Source: Candidatus Chisholmbacteria bacterium RIFCSPHIGHO2_01_FULL_52_32
GTDB taxonomy: Bacteria; Patescibacteriota; Microgenomatia; UBA1400; Chisholmbacteraceae
NCBI GenBank assembly: GCA_001816585.1
Contig: MHCJ01000003.1
Coordinates: 426,971 to 490,970 of the forward strand
DNA: 64,000 nt
Direction of reading: 5' to 3'
This document shows positions 53,918 through 63,117 of this stretch, in pieces. Positions within the stretch are counted from its first letter, which is position 1, and the number at the start of each line of letters is the position of its first letter. Made by a program: the position numbers and the translations under genes. The notes below the pieces were generated by a model, which ran no database searches, was not told the origin of the DNA, and was given only the letters and a program-made list of their open reading frames with translations.

Positions 53918-56147
53918 GCCGCCCAGATGGAACCATTGTACCACGCAAGCTGTAGAGGACCTGATGTATTTCAATCCCGGTCCCGTCGAGGGTCGCGGTC
54001 CACCCGGGATAGTAGGTGTCTGAGAGAACGAGCATCCCACCGGTTTGGCTGTCCACAAGGATCCCAACCTCATTTTCACGGTATTCCATGATCGAGGCGG
54101 ATTGGTTCACGTCCTCCTTTTTCATTGAAAATGCCTGTTCAAGGGACTGTCTTTCGGAGTTCGGCACAACATAGTTTGGGATCAGGAATGCGCGCGGGAA
54201 CGCTTGGTTATTTTTGTAGACCCTGGTTTCTCCTTCCTGAAATACCTTCTCAAGCTTGGGGTGCAAAAGATCCGTCAGACTGACGACATACTTTACGTTC
54301 AGAAGATCAACGATCGGCGATGCATAGTTGTCCGGCCGGATAATGCGATGGAAAGGGGTCGGTTCAAGGGTGGGCTCTCCTTTCTGCGAAGACGCTATTA
54401 ACTGGCCGAAGCGCCGGATATAGATCGGATCGTAACCCTCGAGCGTTTGGAATCGGTAGGGTATTGAAAAGTTCGGCGGGAAGATCCTGGCGTCCGTGGT
54501 GATGTAACGCCAGGGACTTTTGTCCTGAGCAAGAAAACGGACTGTTTCTGTTTGCGGGTAGAGGTAATCCTTATCCGAGAAAGGTGTGAATTTCCAAGAA
54601 AAGCGGAGAAGATCGGCAGAAGTGAGAATGAAAAGAACAATGAATAATGAATTATGAATTATGGTTTTGTTCTTTACCCTGAGCTTCACTAGATGCAAGG
54701 CGGCCATCAGGGTTATGCCGGCTGCGACAATAAGCATAGTCGGCAGAATGAGATTGCGCTGGGCCACTTTGAGGTTTTCGGCTGCCATATCTATTCCTGT
54801 CTTTCCGAACGTAAATACCCACAAGCCTCCGATTGTAGCTGCCGTTATCGACAATGCGATGAGCAGATGACGATTCAATCCCTTTCCTGCTCTTAAGTCT
54901 TTGAAGAATCTGTCGAGCCCAAAGGCGGCAAGGAGCGCCAAGCACAAATCAACAATCATCATCAACCGCGAAGGCTGTGCCGTTGAGATCAACGGAAGGT
55001 TCAATTGAAAAGGAATCCTTGAAAGCGGGTTTGATAGAGCAAAGATCAATGACAGAACCAATGCACAGATAAAGAATTTTTCTTGAAATGATTTCTTTCC
55101 TGAGGATGTGAATAATGCGGTCAGCGCGAATGCCAAAGGTATCATCCCAACATACCCGATGAACTCCGTGTAATTAAAAGCGCCCCAATAATTGAGTGTT
55201 GCAGGATTACCAAAAAAATCGGGGGCAACAAACTGCACTAGATTCTGCCATGGTAAAAACCAGTCCTGTCTCATCAACACGTCCCCCTGATCGATTTCCC
55301 GCGCAGAGTATCGCAGAAGTTTTGCGGTCGGAACCCACTGAACCGCAGTCAATGCCCCCACCGCGATCACGACCAGAGAAAGTTTGAGGATGGTTGTCTT
55401 TCTTCCGGACAGCCACAGCCTAACTCCTGCGTAGGCAAGAATCACGACAATAGCGTAAAAGGAAGTCTGCAAGAATCCGGCAAAAAGGATGCTTACCAGT
55501 GCAAAAGCAAGCGTTAGGTACCAAATCAGCCTTTCTTGCTTTACGATCCGTTCAATCCCAAGGAGTGCAAGCGGTACCCAGACGAGCGTATGAAGCGTCG
55601 TGTTCCACTCGAGCCAAGCGACTGAAAAGCCGCTCAATGCGAGCGAAAGGGAGGCAATGGAAGCGGCTTTCTTGGAAACACCAATGTCGGTTAGGAAGGC
55701 AAACAGAAAAAGAGCAAGCAGAAGAGGTTGCAGGATGACTTCGATGCTCCAAGCGGTTGGAAATGGCAAGAGAAAAAAGAGGATATTGAGCGGATAAAAA
55801 AGGGCGGTTTGGATGTTTGCCGCAAGCGGCGTGCCGGCATGGGTATAGGGATTCCACCCCGGGTATTGTCCGCTTTTGAGGAGGTCTATCGCGAGCTCAC
55901 GCCAGGGATACTGCTGTCTAATGGCATCGGTGATGAGGAAATTCTTGAAGGGAACTCCTGCCGTGAGCCCTTTCCACACCACGTCTCGAAAGGGATGATA
56001 CATTCCAACGATGGTATCCGCAGGAATGGGAAGCTTTCCTTTCATCCAGGCTGGTGAAAAAAATATGAATATCGGAAGTAGTAACAGAAAAAGGTAGATC
56101 CCTTTGTTTCGTGTGCGCCTTGCCACTGCTCTCCTGATTTTACTCAA
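53886..56147 (-). CDS. YfhO-family GT-C membrane protein
   Basis: D..RQ.YPW, WNPY...G.P..AN.Q..LFYP, YVG..P, C-terminal LSDTYYPGW...G.HEI. Confidence 0.9.
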   Translation of the reverse strand: MSKIRRAVARRTRNKGIYLFLLLLPIFIFFSPAWMKGKLPIPADTIVGMYHPFRDVVWKGLTAGVPFKNFLITDAIRQQYPWRELAIDLLKSGQYPGWNPYTHAGTPLAANIQTALFYPLNILFFLLPFPTAWSIEVILQPLLLALFLFAFLTDIGVSKKAASIASLSLALSGFSVAWLEWNTTLHTLVWVPLALLGIERIVKQERLIWYLTLAFALVSILFAGFLQTSFYAIVVILAYAGVRLWLSGRKTTILKLSLVVIAVGALTAVQWVPTAKLLRYSAREIDQGDVLMRQDWFLPWQNLVQFVAPDFFGNPATLNYWGAFNYTEFIGYVGMIPLAFALTALFTSSGKKSFQEKFFICALVLSLIFALSNPLSRIPFQLNLPLISTAQPSRLMMIVDLCLALLAAFGLDRFFKDLRAGKGLNRHLLIALSITAATIGGLWVFTFGKTGIDMAAENLKVAQRNLILPTMLIVAAGITLMAALHLVKLRVKNKTIIHNSLFIVLFILTSADLLRFSWKFTPFSDKDYLYPQTETVRFLAQDKSPWRYITTDARIFPPNFSIPYRFQTLEGYDPIYIRRFGQLIASSQKGEPTLEPTPFHRIIRPDNYASPIVDLLNVKYVVSLTDLLHPKLEKVFQEGETRVYKNNQAFPRAFLIPNYVVPNSERQSLEQAFSMKKEDVNQSASIMEYRENEVGILVDSQTGGMLVLSDTYYPGWTATLDGTGIEIHQVLYSLRGTMVPSGRHEILYRYSEL
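53935..53943 (-). promoter_or_regulatory. Extended -10 box (TGGTACAAT) inside the 3' end of the YfhO gene
   Basis: Same 9-mer as at 27384-27392; lies 17 nt upstream of the ATG at 53917. Confidence 0.45.
54632..54666. repeat. 7-nt tandem repeat (WATGAAT) inside the YfhO-like CDS
   Basis: aaagaac aatgaat aatgaat tatgaat tatggtt; encodes TIIHNSLFIVL; same unit family as 30443-30484. Confidence 0.75.
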
Positions 56148-56746
56148 CCTATTGTTACCGAAAAAGATTGAAGGCGTTCCTTTAACTGGGCCAAGTCTTT
56201 GTAAAGAATCGCTTTCATTCCGGCAGATTTGGCGACTTCTACAAATTTTTCAACATCATCAATAAAAAGACACTCATGGGGTTTGACTCTGAGTTTCTTT
56301 GCCGCCAGGAGAAAAATCTCTTTCTCGTCTTTTGTCATTTTCACTTCATTGGAGAGAATGGTAACGTCAAATTCTTCCAATATTCCAAGCCTTCGGAGTA
56401 TGGGGACATGCTCATTGGTGGTATTTGTAATCACTCCTAATTTGTACCGTTTTAGGGAAGCGACCAAACCCATCATCTCAAGGTCAACGCTTACCAACTT
56501 TTCGTAATCATTAATCCATGCCTTTAACAGGTCGTTTACGGACATTTCTTTTTTATACTTTTTGGCTAATATTTGCATAACCTGTCGAGCGGTCATCGCC
56601 CCCTTACTCCAAGGTATGAGTTCTCTATTCAGATCCAGCCAAAATTGTTTTTTGTCAGAAGGTTTGAGAATTGCAAGAGTCCTATTGAGAAGCGGTTTCC
56701 AATCTATTATCACCCCTCCGAGGTCGAAGATAATTGCTTTGATCAT
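56144..56746 (-). CDS. HAD-family phosphatase (YihX/sugar-1-phosphatase-like)
   Basis: FDLGGV, TNT, S.EV.M.K, FIDD...V..A...GM. Confidence 0.9.
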   Translation of the reverse strand: MIKAIIFDLGGVIIDWKPLLNRTLAILKPSDKKQFWLDLNRELIPWSKGAMTARQVMQILAKKYKKEMSVNDLLKAWINDYEKLVSVDLEMMGLVASLKRYKLGVITNTTNEHVPILRRLGILEEFDVTILSNEVKMTKDEKEIFLLAAKKLRVKPHECLFIDDVEKFVEVAKSAGMKAILYKDLAQLKERLQSFSVTIG

Positions 56747-57831
56747 GGCTGCCCGTAGCTTCTATCGTCTAACAAAGCGACGAACTTTTCGCAGAATGTC
56801 TGTTTTGAAAATTTCCCACTCGTCTCAATGGCATTCCGGGAAAGATTGTCCGTAAGCGTTTGGTCCTTCATCAATCGAAATGTCTTTTGTTTGAGTTCAT
56901 CGACTGTTTCCCAAAGCAAACCGTTCTCCCCGTCCGTCACGATTTCCGGTTGACCGCCTTTGTTGATAACGACCGGAATGCACCCGGCACTCATTGCCTC
57001 GGCGGTTGCGATACCGAAGTGCTCAACCCGTTCCGGGTGTTTTTGTTGATCCACCCCAAACCCAGCGGCGTGCCAGAAGAGTTTTGCCTTGCCATACGCT
57101 CCTTCGAGCGCCTCGTGAGAGACGTCCGGGGTGATTGTTATCGGATAACCACTGGCATCTTGAAGTAATTTTTCGAGAAGCGTTTTTCCCTCTTTGCTGC
57201 TTCCGACGAGGTGAAGTTCCCAACCGCTTAGGCCGGTGTCAACCATTTCCTTAAATGCGGCGACCAGGACATCCTGCCTCTTGTGATGGAGCGTTTCGGT
57301 AAACCTCCCGACGGAGAGAATGATGTTTTGTTTCTTTGTTTTCTTAGGCGAGATGTTGAGCGGTGGGTAGAGGATTTCGGAACGGACGTCATATTCCTTA
57401 TCGATTACCCTTTTTGTGAAGAGCGAATTGCAGATGATGTGGTGGATGTAGCTTAATTTGATGTGGTTTAAGATCGAGGTTCCATGAACATTGGTGAAGG
57501 GAATTTGGAAATGGAGGATGTTGTTTTTGGAGAATAATGGGGGAATGCTTCCGTCGCTTAAAAAAAAGACCACATCGTATCGGTGGGTTAATTGTCTTTT
57601 TTGAAGCCATTGTCCTCTTTTCGAAAAGAGCTCGTACCCCTTTGTATCTATGACGATTGGGTCGATGTTGATCCCCAGGAATTTCTTGATTGTTTTTTTG
57701 ATGGTCTCATCTTTCCAAAAGAGGTTCACCTGAAAGCCCTGTTTCAGTAAGCATTCAATCACGGAAGATGTATAGACTTCTCCCCCGCCGATTGTATCGA
57801 GATATGGATCGAAAACAGCTGCTTTCTTCAC
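56743..57831 (-). CDS. GT4 glycosyltransferase (ALG11/WbdB-like)
   Basis: YLDTIGGGE, NSLFT, VGRF, EHFGIATAEAMSAG. Confidence 0.92.
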   Translation of the reverse strand: MKKAAVFDPYLDTIGGGEVYTSSVIECLLKQGFQVNLFWKDETIKKTIKKFLGINIDPIVIDTKGYELFSKRGQWLQKRQLTHRYDVVFFLSDGSIPPLFSKNNILHFQIPFTNVHGTSILNHIKLSYIHHIICNSLFTKRVIDKEYDVRSEILYPPLNISPKKTKKQNIILSVGRFTETLHHKRQDVLVAAFKEMVDTGLSGWELHLVGSSKEGKTLLEKLLQDASGYPITITPDVSHEALEGAYGKAKLFWHAAGFGVDQQKHPERVEHFGIATAEAMSAGCIPVVINKGGQPEIVTDGENGLLWETVDELKQKTFRLMKDQTLTDNLSRNAIETSGKFSKQTFCEKFVALLDDRSYGQP

Positions 57832-58649
57832 GGCTTTCTTGCTACTGCAACGATGAGGGCAGCATAGGTATAGGGAGAAATACTGTTTAACAACCTTTTT
57901 GCCATTCTTCCGAACCCATTGAGTTCAAAAATCTTTCCGCTATGGCTTATAAGTTTTGGAAAGTCCAGCCAAAGCGCGATGCTTCTCTCTTTTGAAAGAT
58001 CGTCTTTCGGATAAATCCTGATATTAATAAAACCGGCATCCTTCATAAACGCGAGGAGCTCGTTTTTCGTGTAGCGATATTCGTAAAATCGCATTTTTGG
58101 TTGCTGCCTGTTGTTCCGCAATCCGAGGGCCTCAACCATCAATCGCGCAGGAGTTTTTATAATGGTTTTTACTTGGTTTAAGGTACGAACACATCTACGG
58201 AGGAAAGAATCAAACGGCACTTCTATAATCGCCGTTCCGCCACGGCGCAGGACACGATACGCTTCTCCAAGCGCCTTTTGCGGTCCTTCCTCAAAATGTT
58301 CAACCACCCCCAAGGAAAGGTAGGAATCGAACGACCCATCGGGATAGGGAAGGGCTTTAATATCCGCCTTCTCCACTTTTGCCTGTTTGAAAAAGGCCTT
58401 CAGCTTTTTTATGGCGTAATCGTTTGCGTCAGCCCCTTCGATGTTATAACCCTGTTTGGCAAGGGTTATTACCCACTTTCCCATCCCACAGCCGGCTTCA
58501 AGGATCTTTCCTCTTTTTGACAAGTACTTTTCAAAAATGGGCTTGAGCCCATCGGTGTCTACGAGTTCCAGTTCCTGATCTAAAGAAGTCTTTTTCCAGT
58601 AGGCGTCCCACTCCTTGCCGATATCCGGAATATACTGCTTAAAGCTCAT
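57828..58649 (-). CDS. Class I SAM-dependent methyltransferase
   Basis: ILEAGCGMG, SLGVVEHFEEGP, RVLRRGG. Start trimmed to 58649. Confidence 0.9.
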   Translation of the reverse strand: MSFKQYIPDIGKEWDAYWKKTSLDQELELVDTDGLKPIFEKYLSKRGKILEAGCGMGKWVITLAKQGYNIEGADANDYAIKKLKAFFKQAKVEKADIKALPYPDGSFDSYLSLGVVEHFEEGPQKALGEAYRVLRRGGTAIIEVPFDSFLRRCVRTLNQVKTIIKTPARLMVEALGLRNNRQQPKMRFYEYRYTKNELLAFMKDAGFINIRIYPKDDLSKERSIALWLDFPKLISHSGKIFELNGFGRMAKRLLNSISPYTYAALIVAVARKP

Positions 58650-59445
58650 CGGAAATCTCCCTGTCAAGGTCCTGGTACGTTTTTTTCATGGTCTTTTCCT
58701 GTTGCATTTCCCACAACCATACCATGATGAGGAATTGATTGAAGGCCTGATACAGTATTTCGATCCATCCTCTGATCCCGTCGCGCCAGCCACTTTCCTT
58801 GACTCCCCGAAACCAGAGCTCGCGAAAGGGAGCAGTAAGAAGATGTCGAATCTTTACCATTGGATGCTCTTCCTTCAGACGAAGCTCAGCCTCAAGTTGC
58901 GTATAACGGATCGTCTTCTCAAGCATCCAGAGAATGCCTCTGTGGGTGAAGTGGAGAAGTTCGCCTTTGAGCGTCCCCACCGATCCTTCAACATTTGGGT
59001 GTTCGTGGAGTTCTCCGGCCCAACCCTTGAATGCCTGTTTTTCTATGAGTCGATGTTGATCATCCGGATACCACCCGCCATAGCGAAGCCACCTCCCCAA
59101 GATCATGTTTTTGTGGGGAATGCGGTAAGACCGATACAAAGACTCTTTCTGTTTTAACAGGGCTTGGATCTCTTCCCGCAATTCTTTTGAGACGCGTTCA
59201 TCCGCATCAACATAGAAGATCCACTCACCCTTTGCTTCTTTCGCACCTACATCCCGTTGTTTGGGAAATCCCTGCCAAGGCGTACGTATAATCTTTGCCC
59301 CTTTCGTCTTTGCGATCTCAAGTGTCCTGTCCGTTGACCCTGCGTCCACAACAACGATCTCATCCGTCCATGAAAGCGACTGCAGGCATCCAGGAAGAAA
59401 TCCTTCCTCGTTGAGGGTGAGAACGATTGCAGAAATAGCTTTCAT
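58639..59445 (-). CDS. GT2 glycosyltransferase (WaaE/KdtX-like)
   Basis: TLNEE, VDAGSTD, VDADE, GGWYPD, LHE. Confidence 0.9.
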   Translation of the reverse strand: MKAISAIVLTLNEEGFLPGCLQSLSWTDEIVVVDAGSTDRTLEIAKTKGAKIIRTPWQGFPKQRDVGAKEAKGEWIFYVDADERVSKELREEIQALLKQKESLYRSYRIPHKNMILGRWLRYGGWYPDDQHRLIEKQAFKGWAGELHEHPNVEGSVGTLKGELLHFTHRGILWMLEKTIRYTQLEAELRLKEEHPMVKIRHLLTAPFRELWFRGVKESGWRDGIRGWIEILYQAFNQFLIMVWLWEMQQEKTMKKTYQDLDREISDEL

Positions 59446-61151
59446 CTGACTACGAAAATTGTACTCATTGCATTGCTAAATATTTTGCTTATAGGAAAGC
59501 CATCTTTCTCCAGTTCCTCGAGCATCGCCGTATCACCTTTGGAATCGCTGTAGATATGAGTAATTTTAGCATCTTTCAGTATTCTTTCTCTCCTGTCGAC
59601 AGGAGTCTCTGGGGAAAAAAATTCTTCCACCGCTTCCAGGCGATATTGATATGGGGTGTCGGTTAAAACTGCGAACGTTTCTCCGGAAAAATAGGTCCTT
59701 CGTCCTCCGAGTCCCGGAATCTTCATGAGGTAGCGATGCTGACTGGAAATCGGGGTTAATACGACACTTTCCTCAGGCAGTGTGTTGACAAATTGCATCG
59801 CCTCTACTTCTTTAATCGGGACTGTGACTGATTCTTCCTGATTTGCCAAAATAAATGTCTTGATTGTAGTCGGGATGGAGAGGATAAACAGCAGGATAAG
59901 AAGCGCAGTATGGGGTTTCTTTTCCGTTATTTCGACAACGAGCAGAATGCTGAGTAACATGAGCGCGTAGGGGCTGAACTGGATGGTGTTGTACACCGAG
60001 ACCGGCTGGACGAATAGGAGAGGAATTCCCAGAGAAAAGACAACAGCACCGATAAGGAAGAAATCCATCGTTGATGCCCTTGAGAATCTTAAAATTTTCT
60101 TGCCAATCCAGATAAACGCAAGAATCCTTACCCCCAAATTTCCGACTAGATAAAGGCCGAATTCTTCAAGATTGATCTGAATAAATCGCGGTATGTTCCC
60201 CGCTGCCGTGTAATGTTGGTAGAGTTGGGTAAGGTGCTCGTTGTAAAAACGACCGCTGTCTTCCACCATCCTTCTTAAGATCCATCCGGGAAGGAAAAGA
60301 AGCGGCGGTTTTGTTGTTGAAGAAGTCCAGAGGGTAAAGCCAAGAAATAGCCCGGTTGCAATCAGCGTCGGCAAGAGCATCTTCCGACTTCGCCGTAGTA
60401 CCAGTTCCGGAACAAGCGCCGTCCAAAGTGCTCCGACCGCCACAATTCCGGCATATGCCTTTACTGCTGTTGAGAGTCCGAGGAGCAGACCGGAAAATAT
60501 GGCGTCGTTCTTTCGCCCATCCTGCACGAAGCGGTGGAGAATGCTCACGCCAAACAGGAAGATTGAGAATCCCAGTACCGTATGCACATTGGTCAGCTGG
60601 TCAAACGGCTGATCGAGCATGAATGAGTTCGCAAACCATGGCGTGTTTTTTCCGAGGAGAAGCGGTATCGTGTAGGCTGCACTGCCGCCGAACACCGTAA
60701 ACGCCGCTCCCGTAAGTCCCTTCCATGTTGATTTTGTCAGGCGTTTTGCCAACATGAACGCGGAGAGCGCAAAGAGGAAGGCAACTACGGGTGGAGCAAG
60801 ATACATGTAGACCGTCTCGACCGATAGGCCACTGCCCTGATGCACCAGCATCAAGATGAAGTCCGAAAGAAAGTGGTAGTTCAAAAGCGGTACACCAGCC
60901 ATTCCCGGGTTTTGCGGTGGGAACGACCTTGCCAGTTCATGGATCACGGCGAAGTGCCAGAGCGTATCGTGAAGCATCGGGATGTGTATTCCGTCTCCTT
61001 TAAACCAAGCGCCGGAGAGGAAATGCCAACTCTGGGAGAGGCTTGCTACAAGCAAAAACACACCAACAGAAAGGTGTTCGATCCATCTTTGTCTTTGGTT
61101 CCCTTTTTGATTACTCGTTGATTTTGGAGATGATGATCGATTCATTTTCAA
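59442..61151 (-). CDS. Polytopic membrane protein, probable GT-C (HDxxWH...YH type)
   Basis: HDTLWH...FPPQNPG....L.NYHF, more than 10 TM segments, soluble C-terminal domain. Start may be 61145. Confidence 0.7.
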   Translation of the reverse strand: MKMNRSSSPKSTSNQKGNQRQRWIEHLSVGVFLLVASLSQSWHFLSGAWFKGDGIHIPMLHDTLWHFAVIHELARSFPPQNPGMAGVPLLNYHFLSDFILMLVHQGSGLSVETVYMYLAPPVVAFLFALSAFMLAKRLTKSTWKGLTGAAFTVFGGSAAYTIPLLLGKNTPWFANSFMLDQPFDQLTNVHTVLGFSIFLFGVSILHRFVQDGRKNDAIFSGLLLGLSTAVKAYAGIVAVGALWTALVPELVLRRSRKMLLPTLIATGLFLGFTLWTSSTTKPPLLFLPGWILRRMVEDSGRFYNEHLTQLYQHYTAAGNIPRFIQINLEEFGLYLVGNLGVRILAFIWIGKKILRFSRASTMDFFLIGAVVFSLGIPLLFVQPVSVYNTIQFSPYALMLLSILLVVEITEKKPHTALLILLFILSIPTTIKTFILANQEESVTVPIKEVEAMQFVNTLPEESVVLTPISSQHRYLMKIPGLGGRRTYFSGETFAVLTDTPYQYRLEAVEEFFSPETPVDRRERILKDAKITHIYSDSKGDTAMLEELEKDGFPISKIFSNAMSTIFVVR

Positions 61152-63057
61152 AGACTTTTGTGAGGGTTAATCCATTAGGATTGAAGGCTCGATTTTCTTC
61201 TTGTGTGAGCAGAAGATAATCGATTGAGTTGGTATCGACGATTCTGTTTCGTAACCCAGGATCGGAGTTACGGAAAAAGGATCGGAGCTCTGCTTCTCTT
61301 CCCTCGTAATCCTCTCCGGTGATCCGAGAGAAGGTGTTGGCGGAGAAATAGGTCGGTCGCTCTGATAACGCCGCAACCAGGGCCGAGGAGAGATTGATCT
61401 TTGACGGATAGAGAAGGATTATGCTTTCAGGAGGGGTCTCCTTCTTTAGGTAATCGAACGCTTCGAGGGTTAAACGGGGGACGAGAAACGGTTGATCGTT
61501 GAAGCGATCCACAATGCTGGTTGCATTCGAGGGAACTGACAAAACAAGAAGGATAATCGAAAGAGCAATCGCAAGCTTGCCGTTGGTTGCTTGAAGAATC
61601 TGTTTCAGGATGAGTACGGTGAATATGGAAAGCATCACTAACGAGTAGGGTCCGAACTGGATAATGTCATATGACATCCTTCCTTGATTGAAAAGCAACG
61701 GCAATGACAGTGAAGCTGTGGTTACCGTGAGCATGAATATTCCCGCGAGAGAGGGTCTTTTTACAATCACAATCACGTATACGAGGCCGAGTGTTTTCAC
61801 CCAAAGGTTACCAAAGAGAAATATCAGCATTTGCTTGAAGTTTACAATCGCCAATCGTAAGACGTTATGGGTTGCCTGGTAGTGCTGTTCTAATAAGAAA
61901 TACCTGGGGACATTGTAGCGGTCCGGATCCTCGACCATCCGCTTCAATAGCCAACCGGGTACCCAGACGAGTCCGGCGGCAGTTTTTGCATCATAAACGG
62001 GAATGAAAATAACCGCAGAAACGAACCCGGCGAGAAACCAAACTCCCCACAAATCATGGCGTTTGTTTTTCAGTGACATCCACAGCGCTGCGATAGGCAA
62101 GGCAAGTAGCATGATGATCCCTCCCCAAGCCTTAAAGCCGATTATGACGCCGAAGGTAATCGCCGTGAGCATCAAGATTACCATGTTTCTTTTCTTTTCC
62201 AAAATCATCAGTCCCAAAAGACCAGCAAGCATCAATGGAAAAACGACAACCGCATGGGGATTCTGCATGAGATCGACAATGGGATCCAACATGAACGTAT
62301 TCGCTGAAGGATGGAATTCCGGGCCCCGGAAAAATTGCAGAGCCCATGAGGCATTCCCCGCAAAAAGAGTCAGGATGACTGCGGCATTGGCGAGCCATTC
62401 TGAGCGGCTGAGGCGCCGTGCAACCACAAATACGCTGAGGCTTAAGAATGCTGAGACAGCAGCAGGGGTAAGCCGATAGTACAGCTCGAATGTCGATAAC
62501 GGAAGGTAACGTGCCATCGATGCCAGGGTGAGGTCAAGCAGGAAGTGATAATTCTTTACGAGTACGGGTGCAAATCCAGGATGTCGCGGGGGGAAATTTT
62601 GTTTTAATTCATCGATGAGGAAGATATGCCATGTCGAGTCATGGAGGCTCAACTGTCCAAATTGGAGTCCTTGGGCCGTCCAAACCCCGCTTCGGAAAAG
62701 GACTTGTCCCTGGATTACGATCCCCACAATGGCAAGGATAAGGAAAGCAACTTGTGCTTTCGCTAGTGATCTTGTCCTCGGCTTCCACTCCTTAAGCCAT
62801 CGCCCTCCTTCAACAAAACCAAGCATGAAGAACGGTAACTCGGCAACCCAGAATGGTAGTCCAAGGAAGCGGATGAGAAAGATCAACAGCACATAGCAAA
62901 CAAATCCGAATGTAGTTCCAAGGAATATCCGCTCTGTTACCCGCAGGTTGATGGTCTTTGGGAGAAGCCGCATACCAGGCAAGAGCCAGATCATTACGGC
63001 GAACAGACCCGCCAGAAGAGCGTTGGTTAGCGTAAGGATTAGGTTTTCTCCGAGCAT
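61111..63057 (-). CDS. Polytopic membrane protein, probable GT-C, paralog of 59442-61151
   Basis: HDSTWH...FPPRHPG....KNYHF, ANTFMLDP, PGW..RMVED. Start at 63057 after AGGAG. Confidence 0.72.
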   Translation of the reverse strand: MLGENLILTLTNALLAGLFAVMIWLLPGMRLLPKTINLRVTERIFLGTTFGFVCYVLLIFLIRFLGLPFWVAELPFFMLGFVEGGRWLKEWKPRTRSLAKAQVAFLILAIVGIVIQGQVLFRSGVWTAQGLQFGQLSLHDSTWHIFLIDELKQNFPPRHPGFAPVLVKNYHFLLDLTLASMARYLPLSTFELYYRLTPAAVSAFLSLSVFVVARRLSRSEWLANAAVILTLFAGNASWALQFFRGPEFHPSANTFMLDPIVDLMQNPHAVVVFPLMLAGLLGLMILEKKRNMVILMLTAITFGVIIGFKAWGGIIMLLALPIAALWMSLKNKRHDLWGVWFLAGFVSAVIFIPVYDAKTAAGLVWVPGWLLKRMVEDPDRYNVPRYFLLEQHYQATHNVLRLAIVNFKQMLIFLFGNLWVKTLGLVYVIVIVKRPSLAGIFMLTVTTASLSLPLLFNQGRMSYDIIQFGPYSLVMLSIFTVLILKQILQATNGKLAIALSIILLVLSVPSNATSIVDRFNDQPFLVPRLTLEAFDYLKKETPPESIILLYPSKINLSSALVAALSERPTYFSANTFSRITGEDYEGREAELRSFFRNSDPGLRNRIVDTNSIDYLLLTQEENRAFNPNGLTLTKVFENESIIISKINE

Positions 63058-63063
63058 TTCTCC

Positions 63064-63073
63064 TGCTATTATA
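63064..63073. promoter_or_regulatory. Overlapping divergent -10 boxes
   Basis: Minus-strand TATAAT (63073-63068) ends 10 nt before the ATG at 63057; plus-strand TGCTATTAT (63064-63072) faces the gene at 63118. Confidence 0.45.
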
Positions 63074-63117
63074 AACAACTGTTGGCCGATTGAGTGAGAG
63101 GTTTTTGAAGCAAAGTT

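Noticed and set aside
59442-63057. Calling this pair AglB/PglB oligosaccharyltransferases
   Set aside because: The WWDYG motif is absent, so they are kept as unclassified GT-C-like proteins.
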